A DNA stretch of 63,996 bases, filler included, from an uncultured bacterium (GCA_964543115.1; 8 parts of 8 records of this genome joined end to end with filler, not necessarily neighbours in it), one strand, 5' to 3'; positions 22,790 to 33,874 are shown, numbered from the whole stretch's first letter. Program-made: numbers and translations. The notes: generated by a model from the sequence alone, not told the origin.

Positions 22790-22855
22790 TAGAACCTGTT
22801 TGCTCTTAGAACCAGCTGCCTTTTCGTCAGTTTCACTCCTTATCTTAGCAGGTTT
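22790..22855 (+). repeat. Degenerate direct repeat, copy B
   Basis: Matches 20368-20431 in both end motifs, with similar spacing (53 vs 55 bp). Confidence 0.65.
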
Positions 22856-23000
22856 CCAGATATTTTAAGCACTATCTATTCTGGTCCGCTTTGGCAGCTT
22901 TTTGTTAATAAAATGCTTATCAAGCCAGCCGTTTTCTACATTATCTCTTAAATCAAAATGCGAAACATATTGCACTTCTATCTTTTATTTATTTCTTCTT

Positions 23001-25347
23001 CTACTGAGAATTCATACCTTTACTGCAATGCCCATCAGCACTATTCAGATCACCAGACGACCAGTACATAGTTCGTTCTGCTACTATATCTACACTACTC
23101 TCCACTTTAACTGATACCGCAGAACTTGTTATTATGCCATTTATTAAACTTGTGTATCTGCTCATTGGCGATATACTTATAGATCTCGTATCAACAACAC
23201 CCTCATCTCCAGTAAATGTTAAAGTTACACTTGCTTCTTCCTCCTGTGGATTCAATAAAAGCAGCCATTCCTGAAATGTATTATCCGTACTACCCTCAGA
23301 TAAAAACCAAGTATTAGAAGTCTCTGTACTGCCTATACTGCAGTGCCCGCCTTTCCATTCCAGAACTCCTGCATCCCAGTACATCGCTCGTTCTGCTACT
23401 ATCTCTTGACTGCTTATAATTTTCATACCGAATGAAGCATCACTAACAATTCTATTTATGTCCACCGTATGTCTTCTATTTGCAGGAACTGTTACATTTG
23501 TTGTATCTATAATTCCGTCATCCCCATAAAAAATAACATCTACGCTTGCTGCTGCACCATTAGGATTCAATATTAGTAACCATTCACTAAAACTTTCTTG
23601 TGTACTACCTTCTGCAAAATACCATGTATCAGATGCACTAACAGCACCTGTACTACAGTGCCCAGCCGCCATATCATAAGCACCAACATCCCAATACATA
23701 GTACGATCTACTGCTATTTCCACATCACTTAAAAACTTTACTCCAAATGACCTGTTACCTATTATGTCGTTTACATATACTGTTTTTCTTCTATTTGCAG
23801 GAACGGTTACATCTGTTGTATCTATAATTCCGTCATCCCCATAAAAAGTAATATCAACACTTGCAGAAGTACTGTTAGGATTCAATATTAACAACCATTC
23901 TTCAAAGCTCTCTGCCGTGCATCCTTCCGCAAAATACCATGTATCAGATGCACTAACAGCACCTATACTGCAATGCCCAGCCGCCTTTTCATAATCTTCC
24001 AAATTCCAATACATGGATCTTTCGGCACATAACTCACCTGATCCTGATACAGCCAATTTTACAGATACAGCTTCATTTCTTGATATTCTGCTATTCACAT
24101 TAGTAGTATATCGCCTTTGACTTCCAACTGTAATTGTGTCACCAACTTCAGGATCCGAATCCTCGTAATAAAACGTAGGAGTAACTTCTACACTTGCACT
24201 ACCCGGATTAAACAATAACAGCCATTCGCTAAATGTGTCTGCTGTACATCCTTCTGCAAAATACCAATACGTTGTGCCTGTCAATGTAGTAAATGAAACT
24301 TCACTGCCATAACTTGTATCTACGCTATTTGTAGCATAAGCCTTTAAATAATAAATTGTCTCTTCACTAAGACCCGTTATACTGCTTGCAAATTCACCTG
24401 TACCTGTACCATCTGTTGTATAACCATCACAATCTAATAAAGTAGGGCTTCCTGTCGTATTCCAACATACACCACGGGCTGTTACACTTGCGCCACCATC
24501 AGCTGTTACATTGCCACCTGAACTTGTGGTAGTCGCTGTTATTGATGATGCTTCAGTTGTTGTTATAGCAGGTGTTGTTGCTTCTGTTGTAAAAGATTCA
24601 TTATCACCGTATGCAGTACCTTCAATATTAGTTGCATAAGCCCGGACGTAATAGGTTGTTCCTGGACTTAATCCGGTTACATTACTTGTAAACGCACCAG
24701 TTCCCGTTCCATCGGTTGTATAGTCATCAGCTGTTGTAGGATTACTTGATGTACTCCAACATACACCTCTTGCAGTTACACTTGCGCCACCATCAGCTGT
24801 TACATTGCCTCCGGAACTGGCTGTCGTAGTTGTTATAGATGATGCTGATGTTGTTGTTACGGTTGGGGTACTCAATGCCCATCCAAGTCTTGGGTAGTCA
24901 TTGCCATTATCAATATACCAATTTTCATTAACATAACTACCAATTAGGACTATATCCCAGCTCGCGCCAGAGAAGGTCGTGATAGTTTTCATCAGAGTCG
25001 TGGTCTTAGGTGTGCCCGCACCTACTGCATCAGTATTTTGATTGGAAGCTTCGCTATCGAAGAAATTACTGGTGTAAGTACATGTCCCACCTCCTTTACC
25101 AGCAAAGCCTTTGTCTGTGGGGTCACTTGCATCTGTGTAGATTACATCTCCGGTCGAATAGCAATAAGTGATATTAGAAGTATAATTATACCCACAGAAT
25201 CCACCGAACTCAGCCTCGCTGCCGCCGCTTTGCCGCGTGACACCTCCCGTGCTGTAGCAATTTGCTATCGTGGCCGCACTTCCAAAATAATTATCGTTTT
25301 TCCCCACAAATCCGCCGGTGTCATCAGTACCACTAACATTCCCGGTA
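23001..25347 (-). CDS. Surface protein, 5'-partial: GLUG-motif region, two FN3-like repeats, three C-terminal WYFAEG (DUF5719-like) repeats
   Basis: The frame is open to the contig end (TGNVSGTDDTGGFVGKN; FGGFCGYN). Two copies of SSGGNVTADGGASVTARGVCW...TTDGTGTG.F.S..TGL...T.YY..AYATN. Three W(Y/F)(F/L)(A/S)EG repeats ending DGHCSKG. Confidence 0.85.
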
Positions 25348-25447
25348 NNNNNNNNNNNNNNNNNNNNNNNNNNNNNNNNNNNNNNNNNNNNTTAATTAAT
25401 TAANNNNNNNNNNNNNNNNNNNNNNNNNNNNNNNNNNNNNNNNNNNN
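25348..25447. other. Artificial contig linker
   Basis: 44 N + TTAATTAATTAA + 44 N. Confidence 0.98.
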
Positions 25448-27285
25448 ACAAAGATGTTTCCACTAAAATCGTCAGTGACGTGGCCGTGGTCTGTGAACGG
25501 GCCATGTACTGGAGCGCCGGCGGGGTAAACAATGCCGGCGGACATTGTTCCGTGGGCACCAGCGGTACGGCAACCAGCTGGTACCTGGCCGAGGGCTGCA
25601 CCAACGGCTTTGACGAATATGTTCTGATTCAAAATCCCTCCGCCAGCAGCGCCGCTTCGGTTACCATAACGTTTATGGATGAAAACGGCACTACTCAGCA
25701 AACAACTGATTCAGTACCGGCTAACAGCCGACGCACATACAATGTCAGCAGTTATCTGCCCAACAGCAGCGTCTCCACAAAAATAGAGAGCACTAATGAC
25801 CTCGGCATTATTGTTGAACGCTCTATGTACTGGAGCGGAGATCAAAATCACTGGTTAGACGGCCACGCCAGTATCGGGGTAAAAGAGGACACTTCAGAAG
25901 GCAGCCCCGGAGACGGTGACAGTGACGATGATGACGGCGGCGACAACGCGGAAGAAGAGGCCTATTTATTGTGGCACGTGGATATGGCACCCGTTTATTA
26001 TTGTTCACCGGCAATTGCCGATGACGGAACCATCTACATCGGCACCATTGGCGGACTGGAAAAGGATACCGGCCAGGAAGGCGCGGTGTACGCGATCAGC
26101 TCCAGCGGCACAACATTATGGACATATACCCTTGCCGGCACATATAAGATAGTCGGTGGAGCAATTACCATTGACGCCAATGGACATTTATATTTTATCG
26201 TGGAAGATCATCTGAGCGGAACCGAAAGCAGCGAGATAAATACTTATTTATATTCCCTAACGTCTGCCGGCACACTACGTTGGATATCCGCTGTTCTTTA
26301 TAATGGAGGTCGGGGAATGGGAGAACATTCTGTAGCCATCGGCGCGGACGGAACAATATACGCACCGGCGGAAAGAAGATTATACGCCTACAATCCTGAC
26401 GGCACAACTAAATGGACGGCACCTTATGCCTGGGTAGACGCGGAATTCCCCAACGATATATTTGCCTGGGGCATGTCCAGCCCAACGATAGACAGTAATG
26501 GAGTAATTTATGTAAATGTACACGGGGACGCGGCCGGTGATTTTTATGGTATTCATGCCCTGACAGATTCCGGCTCTTCCGCTACGCTAAAATGGCGCCA
26601 GTACGCAAACATAAACACCACTGAAGGCAGCTATTCTGCGCCTTCGATTGATGAAAGCCGGGGCCGGCTTTATGTGGGCAGAGGAGCAATGCTTACCGCA
26701 GACGAAGCGGATTCATATATCTATTGCCTTAATTTAAGCAACGGAGCTTTTGTCTGGCGGTTTTCTACCGCCAGCAAGAGGGTGCAGGCCACACCTACTA
26801 TCGATTCTGACGGTACAATTTATGCCGGCACAACCGCCAAACCGAGAGGCGAAGTGGCCGGAGTATTTTTTGCCATCAATCCTGACGGTACCGAGAAATG
26901 GAGCTATGACGCGGCCCAGGATTTCAGCGGCGGCACTGACATTTATTCATCAGCCGCTATCGGTGATGACGGCACGATCTATGTCACTCCGGAAGGAAAA
27001 TATATCTATGCCTTTAACCCGGACGGAACCATGAAGAAAAAATACAATCTTTACCTTATCAGTCCGGAATCTTCCGGTAACGCCTCGATCGTACTTTCAT
27101 CAATCGCCATCGGCTCAGATGGAACACTGTATATGGGGGATTTTTATCATACATACAACAATGATGATCCCTCAAATGTTACTCATACCGGCGCGCTTTA
27201 TGCCATCGATTCTGAGAGCACCGGCCTGGCCGGCACGGAATGGCCGAAATTTAAATATAATAATAAAAATACAGCAAAAAAATGA
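25448..27285 (+). CDS. Array paralogue 1, 5'-partial: WYLAEG repeat(s), acidic Gly linker, PQQ-like (BamB-type) beta-propeller
   Basis: Open from the contig start (KDVSTKIVSDVAVVCERAMYW). Repeated (S/P)(A/P).I(G/D).DGT(I/L)Y blades. C-terminal WPKFKYNNKNT. Confidence 0.85.
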
Positions 27286-27307
27286 TTTTTACATACAAGG
27301 GGGAGCA

Positions 27308-30067
27308 ATGAAATCGCTCTTAATCCTTTTAATCTCGCTTTTCACTCTGCTAATGCTTTACAGCCCGGATATTTTCGCTGCCGGGGAAACCACCTGGTAC
27401 CTGGCGGAAGGTTGTACCAGCGGTATTTTTGATACCTGGGTGCTGATCCAGAATCCCAACAGCACTACCTCCTCAGCAACCATCACCTTTATGGACCAGG
27501 ACGGCAATACCCAGCAATTAACAGAAACCATACCTCCTAATAGCCGCAGCAGCTATAACGTAAACAGCTATCTACCAAACAAAGACGTTTCCACCAAAAT
27601 AACCAGTGATGTGGGGGTAATTGCTGAACGGGCGATGTACTGGACGGCCGGCGGCGTGGCCATGGCCGGCGGGCATTGCTCCATCGGCGCCAGTTCAACG
27701 GCCACCGTCTGGTACCTGGCCGAAGGCTGTACCAGCGGGGATTTTGATACCTGGGTATTAATTCAGAACCCCAATAGCAGCACTGCCGCACCTTGCACAA
27801 TTACGTTTATGGATGATAACGGCAATACCCAGCAAACATGGGATACGGTACCTGCCAACAGCCGCCGCAGTTATAATGTAAGTAATTATATGGATAACAG
27901 TAATGTTTCAACAAAAATAGAGAGCACCGGCGGCATCGGAATCATCGCCGAGCGGGCGATGTACTGGACTGCCGGCGGTGTAACCATGGCCGGTGGGCAT
28001 TGCACGCTGGGTATACCGGCAACGTCAACCACCTGGTACCTGGCTGAGGGCTGCACCACTAATTTTGACGAATGGGTCTTGATCCAGAATCCTAACAGCA
28101 ATACATCCGCGGCCACGATCACCTTCATGGACCAGGACGGTAATACCCAACAATTATCAGAAACCGTCCCGCCTAACAGCCGCCGTAGTTATTATGTTAA
28201 TAATTACATGGCCGACAAAGATGTTTCCACTAAAATCGTCAGTGACGTGGCCGTGGTCTGTGAACGGGCGATGTACTGGAGCGCCGGCGGGGTAAGCAGC
28301 GCTGGCGGGCACTGTTCTGTGGGCACCAGCGGTACGGCAACCACCTGGTACCTGGCCGAAGGCTGCACCAATGGCTTTGATGAATATGTTTTGATCCAAA
28401 ACCCGAACGTCAGCAGTGCCGCTTCCGTTAGAATAACGTTTATGGATGAAAACGGCACCACTCAGCAGACAACAGATTCTGTAGCGGCAAACAGCCGCCA
28501 AACATATAACGTTAGCAGTTACATGCCCACCAGCAATGTTTCTACAAAAATTGAAAGCACTAATAATCTGGGAATAATTGTTGAACGCGCCATGTACTGG
28601 AGCGGAGATAATGATTACTGGCTGGACGGCCATGCCAGTATCGGGGTTAAGGAAGACACCTCAGAAGGCGGGCCCGGCGGCGGTGACGGTGATGACAGTG
28701 ATGATGGCGACGGCGGCGGCGGTGGCGATGGCAGCAACCCGGAAGAAGAGGCCTATTTATTGTGGCACACGGATATGGAGCCTGTATATTACTGCCCGCC
28801 GGCCGTTGGTGATGACGGAACAATTTATGTGGGGACAATCGGCGGCCTGGAATACGAAACCGGCCAGAACGCGGCAGTATACGCGATCAACTCTGCCGGC
28901 GTGACACAGTGGACCTATCCTATCGAAGGCACATATAAACCGGTAGGCGGAGCAATTGTTATTGACGCGACCGGCAATCTTTATTTTATCGTTGAACATT
29001 TCTTCGACGGCACTGAAACCAGTCAGATCTATACATACCTATATTCATTAACCTCCTCCGGCTCACTCCGCTGGATCTCTGACAACCTTTATACCGGGGA
29101 CCGGGGCTGGGGATCTCATAACCCGGCAATCGGCTCAGACGGGACAATCTACGCGCCGGCAAAGTATAAACTTTACGCCTTTAATGCCGATGGCACGGCA
29201 AAATGGTCATCGCCTTATGAATTCAAAAACGCTCAAGGTGACGGTGCTTGGGGAATGACTAATCCGGCAATAGACAGCAGCGGCGTAATTTATGTTAATG
29301 TTTCCATGGATGATGCTAATGTTTCCGGTGTTTGGGCCCTGGAAGACGGAGGCAGTTCAGCAACTCTTAAATGGCATCAAATATCAGATCTAAGTATAAC
29401 TCAAATGGCCAGCGGCCCGCCGGCAATCGATGAAAGTTATGGCCGTCTGTATGTGGGCAGGGGCGGAGAATTCGCTGCTGACGCGGCTGACTCCAGACTT
29501 TACGCGCTCAATCTCAGCGATGGTTCATTGGTCTGGCAGTTTGCCACTGACAGTAAAACCGTTTTCGCCACACCGGCAATCGGCAGTGACGGCACTATTT
29601 ATGTGGGAACGTCATCAAAACCGGTAAATACCGAGGCCGGGATATTTTACGCGATTAATCCTGACGGCACGCAAAAATGGCAGTATGACACAGAGGTTGA
29701 TTTTCCCGGTAACAACACTGATACTTATTCTTCAGCGGCAATCGGGGATGACGGGACCATCTACGTCACTCCGGAAGGGAAATATTTGTATGCCTTTAAC
29801 CCCGACGGAACCATGAAGAAAAAATACAATCTCTTTCTTCTCAGTCCGGCATCTTCGGGAAGCGCCTCAATCGTTTTTTCGTCAATTGCCATCGGCTCTG
29901 ATGGAACTCTCTATTGCGGTGATTTTTATCATACTTTCGACAATGATGATCCGAGTAACATTACTCATACCGGAGCGCTTTACGCTATCGACACGGAGAG
30001 CACCGGCCTGGCCAGTACACAATGGCCAAAATTCGGTCTTAACAACAAAAATACGTCAAGAAAATAA
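27308..30067 (+). CDS. Array paralogue 2: signal peptide, 4 WYLAEG repeats, Gly/Asp linker, PQQ-like beta-propeller (919 aa)
   Basis: GGAG SD before ATG 27308, followed by signal peptide MKSLLILLISLFTLLMLYSPDIFA. The longer track start (27119) overlaps paralogue 1. Confidence 0.88.
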   Translation: MKSLLILLISLFTLLMLYSPDIFAAGETTWYLAEGCTSGIFDTWVLIQNPNSTTSSATITFMDQDGNTQQLTETIPPNSRSSYNVNSYLPNKDVSTKITSDVGVIAERAMYWTAGGVAMAGGHCSIGASSTATVWYLAEGCTSGDFDTWVLIQNPNSSTAAPCTITFMDDNGNTQQTWDTVPANSRRSYNVSNYMDNSNVSTKIESTGGIGIIAERAMYWTAGGVTMAGGHCTLGIPATSTTWYLAEGCTTNFDEWVLIQNPNSNTSAATITFMDQDGNTQQLSETVPPNSRRSYYVNNYMADKDVSTKIVSDVAVVCERAMYWSAGGVSSAGGHCSVGTSGTATTWYLAEGCTNGFDEYVLIQNPNVSSAASVRITFMDENGTTQQTTDSVAANSRQTYNVSSYMPTSNVSTKIESTNNLGIIVERAMYWSGDNDYWLDGHASIGVKEDTSEGGPGGGDGDDSDDGDGGGGGDGSNPEEEAYLLWHTDMEPVYYCPPAVGDDGTIYVGTIGGLEYETGQNAAVYAINSAGVTQWTYPIEGTYKPVGGAIVIDATGNLYFIVEHFFDGTETSQIYTYLYSLTSSGSLRWISDNLYTGDRGWGSHNPAIGSDGTIYAPAKYKLYAFNADGTAKWSSPYEFKNAQGDGAWGMTNPAIDSSGVIYVNVSMDDANVSGVWALEDGGSSATLKWHQISDLSITQMASGPPAIDESYGRLYVGRGGEFAADAADSRLYALNLSDGSLVWQFATDSKTVFATPAIGSDGTIYVGTSSKPVNTEAGIFYAINPDGTQKWQYDTEVDFPGNNTDTYSSAAIGDDGTIYVTPEGKYLYAFNPDGTMKKKYNLFLLSPASSGSASIVFSSIAIGSDGTLYCGDFYHTFDNDDPSNITHTGALYAIDTESTGLASTQWPKFGLNNKNTSRK

Positions 30068-30105
30068 CTCTAAGTCAAGAGAATGCTGATGAAAGGAGAA
30101 TGCTG

Positions 30106-32871
30106 ATGAAAACACTGTTAATAATCACACTGTTCATATTTTTGTCTTTGGCCTACTCTGGCTTAGCCCTGGCCGCCGGGCAAACCACCTGGTACCTGGC
30201 CGAAGGCTGCACCAGCGGGGATTTTTCCACCTGGATCCTGATCCAGAATCCGAATACTAATACTTCCGCTGTAACAATCACCTTTATGGACCAGGACAGC
30301 AACACCCAGCAACTATCCGAAGTCATACCCGGAAACAGCCGCAGTAGTTATAATGTTAATAATTATCTGCCGAACAAAGATGTTTCTACTAAAATAACCA
30401 GCGATGTGGGTGTAATCGCCGAACGGGCGATGTACTGGAGCGCCGGCGGCGAGGCCATGGCCGGCGGCCATTGTTCTATCGGCTCCAGCACAACGGCAAC
30501 TACCTGGTACCTGGCGGAGGGCTGTACCAGCGGAGATTTTTCTACCTGGGTACTCATCCAAAATCCCGGCGAAACTACCGCCAGCTGCACGATAACCTTT
30601 ATGAATGATACCGGAAAAACCCATGAGCTTACTGATACCATTCCGCCAAACAGCCGCCGCAGCTATGACGTTAACAATTATATGGCAAACAGCAATGTTT
30701 CTACCAGGATAGTGAGCAGCGACAGTGTGGGCATAATCGCCGAACGGGCAATGTACTGGAGCGCCGGCGGCGTGGCTAGTGCCGGCGGCCATTGTTCCCT
30801 GGGGGTAACAGCAGCTTCCACCAGCTGGTATTTAGCGGAAGGGTGCACCAGCGGTGATTTTTCCACTTGGGTACTGATCCAGAACCCCAATGAAAATGAT
30901 TCCGCCGTTACCATTACATTTATGGACCAAGACGCGAATACTCATCAGTTTACAGACACCGTAGATGCTAACAGCCGCAGCAGTTACTGTGTTAATAATT
31001 ACATGGATGATAAAGATGTGTCCACCAAAGTCACCGGTGATGTGGGTATTATTGTTGAACGAGCGATGTATTGGACGGCCGGCGGTATTCCAAACGCCGG
31101 CGGCCATTGCTCCCTCGGCGCCAGCTCAACTGAAACCACCTGGTTCCTGGCCGAAGGCTGTACCAATGGTTATGATGAATATGTCCTGATCCAGAATCCT
31201 TCCGGCAGCAGCGCGGCCAGCTGCACATTAACATTTATGGATGAAAACGGCACAACCCAGCAAGTAACGGATTCCGTGCCGGCAAATAGCCGGCGCAGCT
31301 ATAATGTCAATTCCTATATGCCGGACGCCAGTGTTTCAACTAAGGTCGAATGCACCAATGAGCTCGGCATAGTCACTGAGCGCGCGATGTATTGGAGCGG
31401 GGCTGACGGCATCTGGAAGGACGGCCATGCCAGCATTGGTGTGCTTGAGAACACTTCCGAAGGCGGTCCCGGCGGTGGTGACGGCGGCGGTGGTGACGGT
31501 GACGGCGACGACGGCGGCGGCGGTGAAGGCAGTAATCCGGAAGAAGAGGCCTATCTCTTATGGCACGTGGACACCGAACCAATAAATGCCAGCTCCCCGG
31601 CAATCGGGTCTGATGGTACGATTTACATCGGGACCGATGGTGACGTGGAATGGGGAAGCGGGCAGACAGCCAAGGTTTACGCTGTCAATTCCTCCGGCAC
31701 GACACTATGGACCTATACTGTCGGCCAGGACAAACCAGTTGCGGGAGCGATAGCAATTGACGCAAACGGGCATCTATATTTTGTCGTTGACCATTTTCTT
31801 GACGGTAACGAAAACAGTGATGTTAATACTTACCTGTATTCAATAACCTCCAGCGGATCAGAACGCTGGATTTCCGGCGTGCTCTATAACGGCAATAAAG
31901 ACGGCGGGCCGGAAAATCCGGCAATTGCTGCAGATGGCACTATTTATGTTACGACACACCATTATCTTCATGCCTATAATGCCAACGGTACCTCTAAATG
32001 GACAGCGCCTTATCCGTTTTACAACCCGGAAAGGCCCAATGATGAATTCGGCTGGTCTATATCCAGCCCCACCGTTGACAGTGACGGGGTTATTTATGTG
32101 AACGTAACCGGTGATCCTAATCACAGCATCTACGGGATCTACGCGATTATCGATTCCGGCACTTCCGGCACGCTGAAGTGGCGGCAATATGCCGATCTGG
32201 AAGGCACCCAGACCGGTGATTCTTCTCCTTCATTGGACGAAAGCCGCGGCAGATTGTATGCCGGCAGAGGCGGTGTTTTCACCGCAAACGAAGCAGACTC
32301 CTACGTCTACTGCCTAAACATGAGCGACGGCTCTTTTGTCTGGAAAATTGCAACCGCCAACAAGAAAGTCCAGGCACAACCGGTAATCGACTCCGACGGG
32401 ACCATTTACGTGGGAACAACAGCCAAACCAAGAAATTCGGTAGCTGGGGTGTTTTTCGCCATTAATCCTGACGGCACCCTGAAATGGAGCTATGACACAA
32501 TGCAGGACATTAACAGCAATGCCGACATCTACTCGACCGCGACAATCGGAGATAACGGCACCATCTATTTCTCCCTGGAAGGACGCTACATCTATGCGTT
32601 TAACCCGGACGGAACACTTGTCAAGAAATACGATTTATTTGTTATTGTGCCCTCTGCCTATGGCAGCGCTTCCATTGTCAGTTCCTCCATTGCTATCGGA
32701 TCTGACGGCACACTCTATTGCGGTGATTTCTATCACTCATTTGATAATGATGACCCTTCAAATGTTACCCATACCGGTGCGCTTTATGCCTTTGATTCAG
32801 ATTGCACCGGCCTGGCCAACACTGAATGGCCCAAGATCCAGAATAACATCAGCAATACGGGCAGAAAGTAA
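30106..32871 (+). CDS. Array paralogue 3: signal peptide, 4 WYLAEG repeats, Gly/Asp linker, PQQ-like beta-propeller
   Basis: AGGAG SD 7 nt before ATG 30106. MKTLLIITLFIFLSLAYSGLALA signal. Same architecture as paralogue 2. Confidence 0.88.
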   Translation: MKTLLIITLFIFLSLAYSGLALAAGQTTWYLAEGCTSGDFSTWILIQNPNTNTSAVTITFMDQDSNTQQLSEVIPGNSRSSYNVNNYLPNKDVSTKITSDVGVIAERAMYWSAGGEAMAGGHCSIGSSTTATTWYLAEGCTSGDFSTWVLIQNPGETTASCTITFMNDTGKTHELTDTIPPNSRRSYDVNNYMANSNVSTRIVSSDSVGIIAERAMYWSAGGVASAGGHCSLGVTAASTSWYLAEGCTSGDFSTWVLIQNPNENDSAVTITFMDQDANTHQFTDTVDANSRSSYCVNNYMDDKDVSTKVTGDVGIIVERAMYWTAGGIPNAGGHCSLGASSTETTWFLAEGCTNGYDEYVLIQNPSGSSAASCTLTFMDENGTTQQVTDSVPANSRRSYNVNSYMPDASVSTKVECTNELGIVTERAMYWSGADGIWKDGHASIGVLENTSEGGPGGGDGGGGDGDGDDGGGGEGSNPEEEAYLLWHVDTEPINASSPAIGSDGTIYIGTDGDVEWGSGQTAKVYAVNSSGTTLWTYTVGQDKPVAGAIAIDANGHLYFVVDHFLDGNENSDVNTYLYSITSSGSERWISGVLYNGNKDGGPENPAIAADGTIYVTTHHYLHAYNANGTSKWTAPYPFYNPERPNDEFGWSISSPTVDSDGVIYVNVTGDPNHSIYGIYAIIDSGTSGTLKWRQYADLEGTQTGDSSPSLDESRGRLYAGRGGVFTANEADSYVYCLNMSDGSFVWKIATANKKVQAQPVIDSDGTIYVGTTAKPRNSVAGVFFAINPDGTLKWSYDTMQDINSNADIYSTATIGDNGTIYFSLEGRYIYAFNPDGTLVKKYDLFVIVPSAYGSASIVSSSIAIGSDGTLYCGDFYHSFDNDDPSNVTHTGALYAFDSDCTGLANTEWPKIQNNISNTGRK

Positions 32872-32893
32872 AACGGGGACAAGGAGGATAGCA

Positions 32894-33774
32894 ATGAAAA
32901 ACTTGGCCGTTATTTCACTCTTGGTATTTCTGCTGCTAATATACAGCGGTCTGGCCCTGGCTGCCGGGCAGACAACCTGGTACCTCGCCGAAGGCTGTAC
33001 CAGCGGTGATTTTTCCACCTGGGTCCTGATCCAGAACCCGAATACTAATACTTCCGCTGTGACGATCACCTTCATGGACCAGGACGGCAACACCCAGCAA
33101 TTATCTGAAGCCATACCCGGAAACAGGCGCAGCAGTTATAACGTCAACAGTTACATGCCGAATAAAGATGTTTCTACTAAAATAACCAGTGACCTTGGCG
33201 TAATTGCGGAACGGGCGATGTACTGGAGCGCGGGTGGAGTAAACAATGCCGGCGGACATTGTTCCATCGGCGCCAGTTCAACGGCCACTGTCTGGTATCT
33301 GGCGGAGGGCTGTACAATTAATTTTGACACCTGGATCTTATTACAAAATCCCTCCGGCAGTTCCGTACCCTGCACGTTAACATTCATGGATGACAGCGGC
33401 AACACCGTGCAAACAACAGATACCTTAGCGCCCAACAGCCGCCGTTCATATAATGTGGCTACTTACATGCCCAACAGCAACGTATCCACCAAAGTGGAAA
33501 GCGGCGACAGTATCGGCATAATTGCCGAACGGGCAATGTATTGGTCAGCCGGTGGTGTTGAGATGGCCGGCGGACATTGTTCCATCGGGGCTACCTCCAC
33601 GGCCTTATCCTGGTATCTGGCGGAGGGCTGTACCAGCGGTTTCCACGAATGGGTCCTGCTGCAAAACCCCAACGAAAATGATTCCGCGGTCACCATAACC
33701 TTTATGGACCAGGACGGAAACACTCACCTGTTTACGGACACGGTAGACGCTAACAGCCGCAGCAGCTATTACGT
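32894..33774 (+). CDS. Array paralogue 4, 3'-partial: signal peptide plus at least 3 WYLAEG repeats
   Basis: AAGGAGG SD before ATG 32894. MKNLAVISLLVFLLLIYSGLALA signal. Truncated by the contig end. Confidence 0.85.
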
Positions 33775-33874
33775 NNNNNNNNNNNNNNNNNNNNNNNNNN
33801 NNNNNNNNNNNNNNNNNNTTAATTAATTAANNNNNNNNNNNNNNNNNNNNNNNNNNNNNNNNNNNNNNNNNNNN
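33775..33874. other. Artificial contig linker
   Basis: 44 N + TTAATTAATTAA + 44 N. Confidence 0.98.

Noticed and set aside
20368..22855. Integron attC sites around the AT-rich gene
   Set aside because: The repeats lack convincing RYYYAAC / GTTRRRY core sites, and no integrase is present.
27119..27307. Upstream extensions of paralogue ORFs (27119 and 32492 starts)
   Set aside because: They overlap the preceding paralogue; the true starts have an SD and a signal peptide (27308, 32894).
30079..30111. Duplicated GAGAATGCTGATGAAA at the start of paralogue 3
   Set aside because: A real but small local duplication around the RBS; no evidence of function.
25950..32871. PQQ-dependent dehydrogenases
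   Set aside because: Only generic PQQ-like/BamB propeller blades are seen, without recognisable quinoprotein catalytic motifs such as the vicinal Cys-Cys.
25448..33774. Regular ~300-bp repeats as a CRISPR array or non-coding repeat
   Set aside because: The repeats are in-frame protein repeats with synonymous variation. There is no short repeat-spacer structure and no cas genes.
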